Assembly: GCA_048937405.1 (NCBI GenBank)
Contig: JBHLNF010000001.1
Span: 912,785 to 976,784 of the forward strand
Reading direction: 5' to 3'
DNA from: Promethearchaeota archaeon
GTDB lineage: Archaea > Asgardarchaeota > Lokiarchaeia > Sigyniarchaeales > SOKP01
Length of the DNA: 64,000 nucleotides
The position numbers and the translations under genes were made by a program. The notes under the pieces are model-generated. The model did not search any database. It had not been told where the DNA came from and saw only the letters and a list, made by a program, of their open reading frames with translations. Shown here in pieces: positions 1-9,309 of the stretch (the stretch's first letter is position 1; the number at the start of each line of letters is the position of its first letter).

Positions 1-1
1 T

Positions 2-1534
2 ATAGTTATTAATGGAACTGAAGAACTTGTGTGGATTGATACTCAAGATTCAAATTTTCAGAAGGATGATATCGTCAAAATAAGTGTTACAACTCAATCA
101 ACAGCACTATACAACAGAGATTATATCTTTACTAATGCAACAAGTAACTTTTTTGTTAAAGAGGCAAAAGAACAGGGAATTAGAATTAATAAAGAAAATA
201 GTATAGTTATTCAGAGGGATCCTTCTAGTGTTGATATTCATTTAGAAGTAGAAAACATAGGAGAATCAATAGCCTTGTTAGACAGATTTTATGTTAATAG
301 TAATACATTAGATAATACCTTTAACGAAACGAACATCGAATATTTAAGTGGTTCTGCTATCCTTGGACCAACAGAAAAAGCAAACATTTTGATACAAAAT
401 ATTACAACTGACTTTTACCCAATCTCAACATTCAATAAAATAGGAGTTTCAACTCCAAATAACATTTCTGATGAAATTTTATTTACATCAAGTAATGAAA
501 ACTTTTCTCTGTCAATTTTGAAACAGGATCGAACGATATCCCCCGAACTTAAGGCAACTCTTAATGGTAATTTCAGAAAACATATCCCAATCGATTTAAG
601 TGAATCATATGCTTATACAACTGATATTGGAACTACTACTTTAAATATTAAGGTAAAAAATACTGGAGACATCATATTTGGGCTTGATTCAGTTTATTTA
701 ACAGAATCTTTAGAGAAAGTACCTGATGAAAAAATAAATATTCCTTTGGGTGGTGAGAATTTAGATAGTGGTGAAGAAACAATAATCACAATAGATGCAA
801 CCACCATCCCTGGTATTTTAGGAGAGATTAATGAAGAGATTTTAGTATGTATCACAGGAAATTTTGGAATTAATGGTTCTATTGTTACATCAGATATTGG
901 ATATGTACATACTATAAACAATGAACCGGACATTCAAATAATCGATACTGTTGAAAATAATAATGTATCTTATATATATTCCAATGAAACAGGAAAATTA
1001 GTTATTAAAAATACTGGGAATGCTCCAATAAGGCTCACCAACATATCTATTAATAGTACTTCTGTTAGCAATCTTGTTTATACATATGGAGATTCTTCAT
1101 TAGATATTCAGGAATGTGCTGTAATTTCGTTTGATATTCCAGACCTAAAGATAAATGATTCAGATGAATGTATTGTAAAGATATTAACGAATTCTTCCTT
1201 ACAATTAAACAAAACATTATATGCGTATACAGATCCAACTTATTATAATATAATTATTGATGACGCAGGAACCTCAGCAGATTATTCCGGAGATTTGACG
1301 ATCTTAGTAAAAAATGAAGGTCTATTAAATGTTACTCTCGATTCGATTTACATTAATAATACATACTACTCTCTGGATCTTTTCAATATAGAATCCATGA
1401 TAATTGGGGCTGGAGAATCATCAGAACTTACAATTGATATGGGCCTTCTTCCATATATTGTTGATGATAAATTAGAAATATTGGTCCGTACTCTCGAAGG
1501 TGCGGAATATACTCACGAAGAAATTGTAATCTAA
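2..1534 (+). CDS. C-terminal part of a large, probably surface/extracellular protein with repeated beta-rich (Ig/CARDB-like) modules; 5'-truncated by the window edge
   Basis: Frame is open from position 2 (the ORF track starts at an internal GTG at 29). Recurrent motif I-x-(V/I)-(K/E)-N-x-G...LD-x-x-Y-x-N occurs about 4 times; acidic, N/T/I/S-rich. Confidence 0.5.
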   Translation: MVINGTEELVWIDTQDSNFQKDDIVKISVTTQSTALYNRDYIFTNATSNFFVKEAKEQGIRINKENSIVIQRDPSSVDIHLEVENIGESIALLDRFYVNSNTLDNTFNETNIEYLSGSAILGPTEKANILIQNITTDFYPISTFNKIGVSTPNNISDEILFTSSNENFSLSILKQDRTISPELKATLNGNFRKHIPIDLSESYAYTTDIGTTTLNIKVKNTGDIIFGLDSVYLTESLEKVPDEKINIPLGGENLDSGEETIITIDATTIPGILGEINEEILVCITGNFGINGSIVTSDIGYVHTINNEPDIQIIDTVENNNVSYIYSNETGKLVIKNTGNAPIRLTNISINSTSVSNLVYTYGDSSLDIQECAVISFDIPDLKINDSDECIVKILTNSSLQLNKTLYAYTDPTYYNIIIDDAGTSADYSGDLTILVKNEGLLNVTLDSIYINNTYYSLDLFNIESMIIGAGESSELTIDMGLLPYIVDDKLEILVRTLEGAEYTHEEIVI

Positions 1535-1684
1535 TTAACTTATATTCTTTCCTCTATTCTTAACTTTTTATTAATTAAAGTAAAAATCAAAAGTTATTAT
1601 TCATTAGAATTTCTATAGTCTTATTGTCAATATATACAAATTTATTTTACTTTAAAATATCTCATTAGTTCTTTAATTATTAAA

Positions 1685-3691
1685 ATGAAAGAAGATTTTA
1701 TAATTCACTCTGATTTTAAACCGATGGGTGATCAACCCTCCGCTATTCAAACTCTTAAAGAAGGAATTGAAAATAATAAAAGATTCCAAACTTTATTAGG
1801 TGCGACGGGTACAGGCAAAACATTCAGTATTGCTAATATAATTCAGGAAATACAGAAACCTACCTTAGTTATGGCACCAAACAAGACATTAGCTGCACAG
1901 TTGTATAACGAATTAAAAGATCTATTCCCTGAAAATGCTGTCCATTATTTTGTAAGTTATTACGATTATTATCAACCTGAGGCCTATATGCCCATAACTG
2001 GGCTGTATATTGAAAAAGATTTTAGTGTTAATGAAGAAATTGAACGTTTGAGATTAGCAGCAGCACATGCAATAAGAACTCGAAAGGATGTAATTATTGT
2101 AGCAACCGTTTCATGTATTTATGGATTAGGAAATCCAGATCTCTGGGAAAAAATATCACTTTATATAGAAACAGGTATGGTGATAAAAAGATCTGAAATG
2201 TTGAAACAACTAATAAAAATGAATTATGAAAGAAATGAGATTGAATTTAAACCTGGAAATGTACGAGTAAAAGGAGATATAATTGACATTTATCCTGCAT
2301 ATCTAAATAATGGTTTAAGAATTTCATTATTTGGAGATGAAATTGAATCCATAACAGAAATACATCCAATATCTAATAATCCAATAAGTAAAGTACCAAA
2401 TTATAGAATATTCCCAGCAACCCATTTTATCATTCCAGATGAAAATAAAATAAGAGCTCTAGAGTTAATAAAGCAGGAATTAGAGGAAAGAATTGAATTT
2501 TTTAAAAGTCAGAAAAAATATGCTGAAGCACAACGAATTGAGAGAAAAGTAAAGTTTGATTTAGAGATGATGAAAGAACTGGGTTGGTGCAAAGGTATAG
2601 AGAATTATTCTAGGCCTTTGGATGGAAGACCACCAGGAACACCTCCTATGACTTTAGTTGATTATTTTCCAGATGATTTTTTGATAGTAGTTGATGAGTC
2701 CCATATAACTATCCCACAAATCCATGGTATGATTGGTGGTGATCGCTCTCGTAAAAAGAATCTTGTAGATTATGGATGGCGTTTACCAAGTGCCTATGAT
2801 AATAGACCTCTTACATTTGAAGAATGGGAGAGCAAGATTAAGTATATTATTTTTATGAGCGCTACACCAGGAGAATACGAATTGGAAAAAAGCGAAGAAA
2901 TTTATGCTGAACAAATAATTAGACCAACTGGTCTTGTTGATCCAATGATAGAAGTAAGACCTGCTGAAAATCAAATTGATGATTTATTGGAAGAAATACG
3001 GAAGGTAATTGCAAAAAAAGGTAGGACTCTTATAACAACTCTCACGAAACGAATGGCAGAAGATATTGCCGATTATTACAATGAACTAGGTTTAAAAATA
3101 ACCTATTTACACTCAGAAATAGATACAGTCGAACGATTTGAAATTTTACGTCAATTGAGGGATGGTACTTTTGATGTGTTAGTAGGTATTAATCTGTTAA
3201 GAGAAGGTTTAGATCTCCCAGAAGTTCAATTAGTAGCCATTTTAGATGCTGATAAATTAGGTTTTTTACGAGATACGCGTTCTTTGATACAGACTATTGG
3301 TAGAGCGTCGAGAAATGTTGATGGAAAAGCTATATTATATGGAGATAGAATTTCACCAGCCATGAAAGCTGCTATTGATGAGACAAATAGAAGAAGGAAT
3401 AAACAAATAAAATATAATGAAGAACATAATATTACACCTCAAACAATTAAAAAAAATATTTTAAAATCTCTCTCCGAAGAGCAGGAATTTAAAGAAAGAG
3501 AAGTTAAAAGGTTAAAACAAAAAGTAAAAAATAAAATAACTGAGTTAGAAAAAGAAGGAGATATTGAAGTTGTTATTCAATATCTTGAAGATAAAATGTT
3601 CATGGCAGCCAGGGAACTAAGATTTGAGGATGCTGCTTATCTAAGAGATAAAATAAAAGAATTTAAGCAAACATATAAATTAACAACGTAA
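1685..3691 (+). CDS. uvrB: Excinuclease ABC subunit B
   Basis: GATGTGKT Walker A, YFVSYYDYYQPEAY beta-hairpin, DESH, GINLLREGLDLPEV, QTIGRASR, C-terminal UVR coil (FEDAAYLRD). Confidence 0.98.
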   Translation: MKEDFIIHSDFKPMGDQPSAIQTLKEGIENNKRFQTLLGATGTGKTFSIANIIQEIQKPTLVMAPNKTLAAQLYNELKDLFPENAVHYFVSYYDYYQPEAYMPITGLYIEKDFSVNEEIERLRLAAAHAIRTRKDVIIVATVSCIYGLGNPDLWEKISLYIETGMVIKRSEMLKQLIKMNYERNEIEFKPGNVRVKGDIIDIYPAYLNNGLRISLFGDEIESITEIHPISNNPISKVPNYRIFPATHFIIPDENKIRALELIKQELEERIEFFKSQKKYAEAQRIERKVKFDLEMMKELGWCKGIENYSRPLDGRPPGTPPMTLVDYFPDDFLIVVDESHITIPQIHGMIGGDRSRKKNLVDYGWRLPSAYDNRPLTFEEWESKIKYIIFMSATPGEYELEKSEEIYAEQIIRPTGLVDPMIEVRPAENQIDDLLEEIRKVIAKKGRTLITTLTKRMAEDIADYYNELGLKITYLHSEIDTVERFEILRQLRDGTFDVLVGINLLREGLDLPEVQLVAILDADKLGFLRDTRSLIQTIGRASRNVDGKAILYGDRISPAMKAAIDETNRRRNKQIKYNEEHNITPQTIKKNILKSLSEEQEFKEREVKRLKQKVKNKITELEKEGDIEVVIQYLEDKMFMAARELRFEDAAYLRDKIKEFKQTYKLTT

Positions 3692-3967
3692 AAAAATTCT
3701 TAAACTTTATACTTAGAAAATATTTAAACTTTAATTCAGATGATATATCTCTATAAAAGGTTATAGTCATTATGAAAAAAATAAAAATTAAGATACTCAA
3801 TACAAAAAAAAGAATACGATTGGTTATTAAATAAATAAGATGGTCGAGTGCTATTTAACTCAAAAAATTTATATTTGAATTAGAACTTATTTCTTCCTAA
3901 TAGTTATTTTAATTAAACATAAAAAAAACTTTAATAATAACTAAATATACATTTAGGAAATAAACTT

Positions 3968-4021
3968 TCATTATTGTTTAGTTCAATAATGATTTCTTTC
4001 TAAATAAAAAAGTAAGGAGGT
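3968..4021 (+). promoter_or_regulatory. 9-bp inverted repeat (TCATTATTG-7 nt-CAATAATGA) and a strong AAGGAGGT ribosome-binding site upstream of the 75-aa ORF
   Basis: Read directly: IR at 3968-3992, AAGGAGGT at 4014-4021. Confidence 0.4.
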
Positions 4022-4030
4022 AACAAAGTA

Positions 4031-4258
4031 ATGCCAGATAAATATAATGTTGACATGACATTGGGGGAACTTCTAGAAGATGAAGTTTCTGGGAATTATC
4101 TTAGAGAAAAATTAGGAGAACTCATTAATAGTCCTCAAGCACAGATGGCGATGGGATTTTCATTGCGCCAAATTCAACAATATGCAGAATCAATGGCTCC
4201 TGGTCAATTTCCAGCAGAAAAACTTGATGAATTAGATGCTGGATTAAGAGCTCTATAA
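4031..4258 (+). CDS. Small helical protein resembling the short C-terminal domain of some glycoside hydrolases (DxTLGELL...MAMGFSL)
   Basis: 75 aa, good RBS, followed by T-rich tract. Family resemblance is from memory of the motif only. Confidence 0.6.
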   Translation: MPDKYNVDMTLGELLEDEVSGNYLREKLGELINSPQAQMAMGFSLRQIQQYAESMAPGQFPAEKLDELDAGLRAL

Positions 4259-4534
4259 AAAAATTGTAATTTTTAGAACATAATTGAGTAATTCTAACTT
4301 TTTAATTCTTTTTTTTTATATTTTTTCTCTTAAATTAATCTATTGATAATTGGTCGTATCAATAAGATTACTTTTTATTTAATTCCTAAATTATCTAATT
4401 TCTTTGAGTTCATGATTAGAAAATCAAAATACTTTAGGATCACATTAAAAACATTATTGGATCATAAAATAAAGCAATGAAGTTTTTATTTAGTAAATAT
4501 TTCTTCTACTATTTTTTTAAAATATTATACTATG

Positions 4535-5518
4535 TTAAAGAATTTTTTTTTTTGAATTAGAATGTATTATGAGAATATAATGTGATGGTATTTTTTGTGG
4601 ATAGACCATATCTTTTTTTATTGCATTAAATGATAATTTGTTATATCTTTGAATTTTTATTCTACGCATATTTCCTATTTTTTTTCTATATGACTCAGTA
4701 ATATATTTATAGTGTAAATACCTACAATGTTTTCCTCCAAGATTTAGTAGGATTGAGTATGAAAAGTCTTTAAATAATCTTACAATCTTTGAAATTGTTC
4801 TGGGCGTATACTGTCTTACACCATGAAAACGATAGAGCGGTAAGGAAGCCTTTGAAGGTAATCCGTGAATTTGAATTACTTCTTTTCTTGAAGAGGATAT
4901 ATAATCTCTTATTTGTTTAAAAAAAGTTAAATCTTCCTCGAAATGTTCGACAGCAGATTGCGTAACAAAAAAGTTTGTTTCATGAGGAATTAAATCAGTG
5001 AAATCTTTACCATCAAATTTAATGAATTGAAAGAAAGAATACTTCTTCTTTAAACTAATCCAGTTATTATTCGTTTTAATATCTAAACCTAAATATCTAT
5101 TGATATTATTCATGCTAAAATCAACAAATTTCTCCCCATAACTCCCTGTACCACATCCTATATCTAAAATATTTATATCATTCAATTCTCTCTTTATTAA
5201 ACCCCATGGCAAATTAATCCAAAATAATTCAGATAGTTTTCTACTCGGAGAATAAGTAATAGGACACTTAGACCAATTTTTCTTTAAATTTTTATCATTG
5301 AAATTACGAATCTCTAAACTTTTATCAACTTTGTAATATGGAAATGAATTATTTATCTTATTTAATAAATAATAGAGCATTTTTAATGGAAGATTTAAAC
5401 CTCTATCAGCATTAAGAATATGAATGGAAGTTGTTTTGTTTGAATTTAAAAAATTTGAAAGAAAGTTTAACTCTAATCTTTGACCATAATGTTCAAACAA
5501 ATTTTTGAAGATAATCAT
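4535..5518 (-). CDS. Class I SAM-dependent methyltransferase
   Basis: ILDIGCGTG motif I, YLGLDI motif II, SAVEH post-II motif. Confidence 0.8.
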   Translation of the reverse strand: MIIFKNLFEHYGQRLELNFLSNFLNSNKTTSIHILNADRGLNLPLKMLYYLLNKINNSFPYYKVDKSLEIRNFNDKNLKKNWSKCPITYSPSRKLSELFWINLPWGLIKRELNDINILDIGCGTGSYGEKFVDFSMNNINRYLGLDIKTNNNWISLKKKYSFFQFIKFDGKDFTDLIPHETNFFVTQSAVEHFEEDLTFFKQIRDYISSSRKEVIQIHGLPSKASLPLYRFHGVRQYTPRTISKIVRLFKDFSYSILLNLGGKHCRYLHYKYITESYRKKIGNMRRIKIQRYNKLSFNAIKKDMVYPQKIPSHYILIIHSNSKKKIL

Positions 5519-6267
5519 GACAAGTTCAGCTGGTCAACTATTTTAAAAATAAATCTTCCACAAAAAAGTTCATTTCCATTATTTTATTGTTTTATTCTTC
5601 ACTAAAGGAGGAAATTTATCTCGAATATTTAAATAATTCATTCTTTCTATGTTTTTATGAAAAATTTTCTCTTCCTCTCTACTATTCAATCAAATTATTA
5701 TAGATTTTATTAACTAAAAAGGGTTATGTTATACATTTATATTCATTTCACCTCAAAACCTAGATTATTGATTCTATGAACCTTGTTTATCACAATTTCC
5801 GTGAATGAGTAGTTAAGATAACAACAAAAAATCAATCTGGGAAAGTAAAAGTACCTATTCATGAAGATACTAAATAATTTTTTTCTTGTAAGTTCAAACA
5901 CGGTTTTAAGAACTTTTAAAATTATGATTTTTCCAAGAGGAACTTTTATGATTGAATCATCTTATTCCAAAATAACAATTCCTTCTTAATTATAATCTAG
6001 TTGACGTATTAAAGCTTAATATGCTTTTTCTTTTGATTTAGAATATATCGTTTTGACTAAATATGAAGTTTATGAATTATATCCAATTTTTTAAAATCAG
6101 AATTTATTGATTTCATTAAATATACTAATATACTTAGAGAAAATAATTTGAAAAATCTACCATTTTCAAAAGGGAAATAAAGGATGAATCTTTTGGAAGA
6201 CATCAAGAAAAATCTGGCTTTCTTTTAAACTTTTATTAGTGAAAATGAAAAAACTAATTTTAATAAT

Positions 6268-6500
6268 AATTCATAAATTAAATTCCCTACTTCTGAATAT
6301 ATTTTTTAAATTGTAAATATCAATATAAGGTTTTATAATATCTCAGAAAAATTTTTTTGATTTTCTGAATTAAAAAGATATAGTAGAATATGAATGAATT
6401 CATTGTCATTAAGGGTACTAGAGAAAACAATTTAAGAGATATTGATGTAAAAATACCATGTAATAAACATATGTTTATAATTAGTATTAGTTGGAGTGGT
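6268..6500 (+). repeat. Degenerate direct copy of the uvrA promoter and first ~37 codons (partner 9188-9420)
   Basis: Colinear with 9188-9420 at offset 2920. ATG at 6390 reads MNEFIVIKGTRENNLRDIDVKIPCNKHMFIISISWSG versus UvrA [37 protein letters not shown]. Confidence 0.95.
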
Positions 6501-6512
6501 CATTATAAATAA
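6390..6512 (+). pseudogene. uvrA: uvrA 5' fragment (40 codons, homology lost in the Walker A motif)
   Basis: Manual translation and alignment to the gene starting at 9310. Confidence 0.9.
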
Positions 6513-6556
6513 ATCCACAGTGTAAATTTAAATATAAAAAAAAATATAATTGAATT

Positions 6557-8986
6557 ATGGTAGTTCAAGATATCAAAATGTCTCCTCTTCAAGGGATTCC
6601 ATCTGAGAGGGTTAGAAAAATTAGAGATAAAATGTTGTCCCAACCCTTCGAATATGATCTTGAACGAGCCCGATGCTATTCGAGGATTTGGAAACAGATG
6701 GAAGATGCTCATCCCAGCATGAAAAAAGCCAAAGCTCTGGAGGAATTTTTACGCTGCCTTTCTATAAGGATTGATAGTGATGAGCTTCTTGTAGGAGTAA
6801 AATCCAGCAAAATTAGGGCTGATCCTTTTGAAATTGAACTTGGAAGGCACGTTCGAACTTATGATTTTCTCTTAGATGAATCAATAGATGAAGCAGCTAA
6901 AGATCATTTCCGTAGACGTAATCCTATCATTAGACGTTATGTTCCTCTTACAGAACAAGAGCTTAACGAATTGAAAAATGATATTATCCCCGTTTGGAAA
7001 GGAAAGACATTAGCTGATCGAAAAGAAGAGCTCTGGAAGGAAGCAGGCTTATTTAAGGAGAAAAATAGTTCTATGGAACGAGCTATGAGTTGGATTAACC
7101 CATTTTATGCGGAAATGCAAGGTCATACGATTCCAGGTTATAAACGAGTTCTTAATATAGGATTTAAAGGAATAGAAAAGAGAGCTACTGAAGAACTTAA
7201 AAAACTTAGAGAGACTGATGAGGATTACGAACAACGTAAGACTTTTTATGAAGCAGTTCAGGTTACTTCTCAAGCTGTTTGTGATTATTCCAATCGGTAT
7301 GCAGATCTCGCAATGGAAATGGCTAAAAATGCATCAGAATCAAGAAAGGTAGAACTTTTAGAAATTGCTGGGCGTACAAAACGAGTACCGGCCCTCCCAC
7401 CAAGAACATTCATGGAAGCACTTCAATCGATATGGCTGACGAATGTTGTTATGGAAATGAGTTATGGTGAGAGTAATATCTTTTCTCAAGGAAGAGTTGA
7501 TCAATATCTTTACCCCTATTATGCCACTGATTTAGCAGAGGGACGGATTACTTATGAGGAAGCTTTAGAAGCAATTGAAGAATATTTAGTGAAACTTGCG
7601 TCTGTTGTTATAGCTGGACAGAATAATATCACTATTGGAGGGTTAGATAAAGATGGAAATGATGCTACAAATGATATATCATATATGTTTCTTGAAGCTG
7701 TTGCAAATGTAAAAAGTTTATTGAATACAATATCAATACGGATTTCTTCCAAAACACCTCGGGATTTTGTGAAAAGAACTATTGAAGCTTTTAAATATAC
7801 CGGCGGAATGGGAATTCATAATGATGAAATTTTAGTACCACAGCTTCAAGAAGATGGCTATTCACTAGAACATGCCCGAGATTACTCACTCGTAGGGTGT
7901 GTAGAACCTCATGGTACAGGTTTTGATTTTTCATATACTGCTGGTAATGGTGTTCGATTGTCAATCGTTTTACATATGGCTTTAAATGAAGGACGAATTC
8001 TTATAGCAGGGAATCGTCAATTTGGAGCAAAAACACCTGATCCAAGTACTTTTAAAACGTTCGAAGATGTCAAAAAGGCTTTTGTAGATCAGCTTTCCTT
8101 TGGAGTAGATTTAGTTGTGAAAAAAGCAGAGTTAAAAGATCAGGCCTTTGCAGAAGGTTTTCCCTCCCCATTGCTTTCATCTACAATCGAAGGATGTTTA
8201 GAGAGTGGAAAAGATGTAACTCGAAATGGAGCGCGCTATAATAATAACCCTATTGGCTGCCAAGCATTAGCAACCGTAACCAATTCATTAGCAGCAATTC
8301 GCTGGGCAGTATTTGAAGAAAAATTAGTGACAATGGGAGAATTAGTTACTCATCTTAACAATAATTTCAAGGGAGCAGATAAAATTAGAGAACTTTTAAG
8401 AAATAAGGCTCCAAAATACGGTAATGGTGATGATCGTACAGACGAACTTGCAATATGGGTTGCGAATACCTTATGTGATATTGTGAGAAAATATCCTGCT
8501 AGAGGTGGTGCGGGTATTTATCGTACATATTTTGTATCTTCAGGTCTTAATATTCTTGAGGGTAATATGTTAGGAGCGACTCCCGATGGAAGATTATCTG
8601 GTGAAGCTGTTTCTAATGGCATATCTCCTGCAAACGGAACTGAGAAAAATGGTCTTACTATGACGCTCCGATCAGTAGCTTTAGCAACAAAAGACGCTCT
8701 CCTAACCGGTGGAGCAAGCATGAACATAAGAATCAATCCTAATTTATTAGAATCAGATGAGGGCTTAGATAAATTGACTTCTATTGTAGAAGCTTATTTA
8801 GAGTTAGGGGGAAGAGAACTTCAGATTAATCCTGTAAGTTCAGAAACATTAAGAGACGCACAAGCTCATCCAGAAAAATATTCTGATTTATCAGTTAAGG
8901 TAACTGGTTATTCTGCACGTTTTATAGAAATAGGCAGGAGACTTCAAAATGACATCATCACCCGTACAGTATTTAACGAATTATAA
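6557..8986 (+). CDS. Glycyl radical enzyme (pyruvate formate-lyase-like, single-Cys class); substrate unknown
   Basis: GRVDQYLYPY, Cys loop VGCVEP, ATPDGR..GE, C-terminal Gly loop DAQAHPEKYSDLSVKVTGYSARF. Confidence 0.93.
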   Translation: MVVQDIKMSPLQGIPSERVRKIRDKMLSQPFEYDLERARCYSRIWKQMEDAHPSMKKAKALEEFLRCLSIRIDSDELLVGVKSSKIRADPFEIELGRHVRTYDFLLDESIDEAAKDHFRRRNPIIRRYVPLTEQELNELKNDIIPVWKGKTLADRKEELWKEAGLFKEKNSSMERAMSWINPFYAEMQGHTIPGYKRVLNIGFKGIEKRATEELKKLRETDEDYEQRKTFYEAVQVTSQAVCDYSNRYADLAMEMAKNASESRKVELLEIAGRTKRVPALPPRTFMEALQSIWLTNVVMEMSYGESNIFSQGRVDQYLYPYYATDLAEGRITYEEALEAIEEYLVKLASVVIAGQNNITIGGLDKDGNDATNDISYMFLEAVANVKSLLNTISIRISSKTPRDFVKRTIEAFKYTGGMGIHNDEILVPQLQEDGYSLEHARDYSLVGCVEPHGTGFDFSYTAGNGVRLSIVLHMALNEGRILIAGNRQFGAKTPDPSTFKTFEDVKKAFVDQLSFGVDLVVKKAELKDQAFAEGFPSPLLSSTIEGCLESGKDVTRNGARYNNNPIGCQALATVTNSLAAIRWAVFEEKLVTMGELVTHLNNNFKGADKIRELLRNKAPKYGNGDDRTDELAIWVANTLCDIVRKYPARGGAGIYRTYFVSSGLNILEGNMLGATPDGRLSGEAVSNGISPANGTEKNGLTMTLRSVALATKDALLTGGASMNIRINPNLLESDEGLDKLTSIVEAYLELGGRELQINPVSSETLRDAQAHPEKYSDLSVKVTGYSARFIEIGRRLQNDIITRTVFNEL

Positions 8987-9309
8987 AATTAGCATCACCA
9001 TTATCTTCTTTGTCGTTAGATAATTTGCCCTTAAATTCTGTTCATTTATTCTATTGAGTAATTTTATCAAATTTATCAGTTTTTATTATATAAATTTTCT
9101 ATTTTTATCCTATAAAAATTCTGGATGCTTTTCAATAGAAATTAATTTAATAATATCCTAAATAAGTTTTTTAGGATTAAGATTAAAAATTCATAAATTA
9201 TTTACCCTGCATTTGAATATTATTTTTTAATTGTAAATATTAACAAAAAGTTTTATAATATCTTAGAAAAATTTTTTTGACTTTCTGAATTAAAAAGATA
9301 TAGTAGAAT

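Noticed and set aside
5520-6185. Possible gene remnants between the methyltransferase and the first uvrA copy
   Set aside because: Only short stop-riddled frames that I cannot assign.
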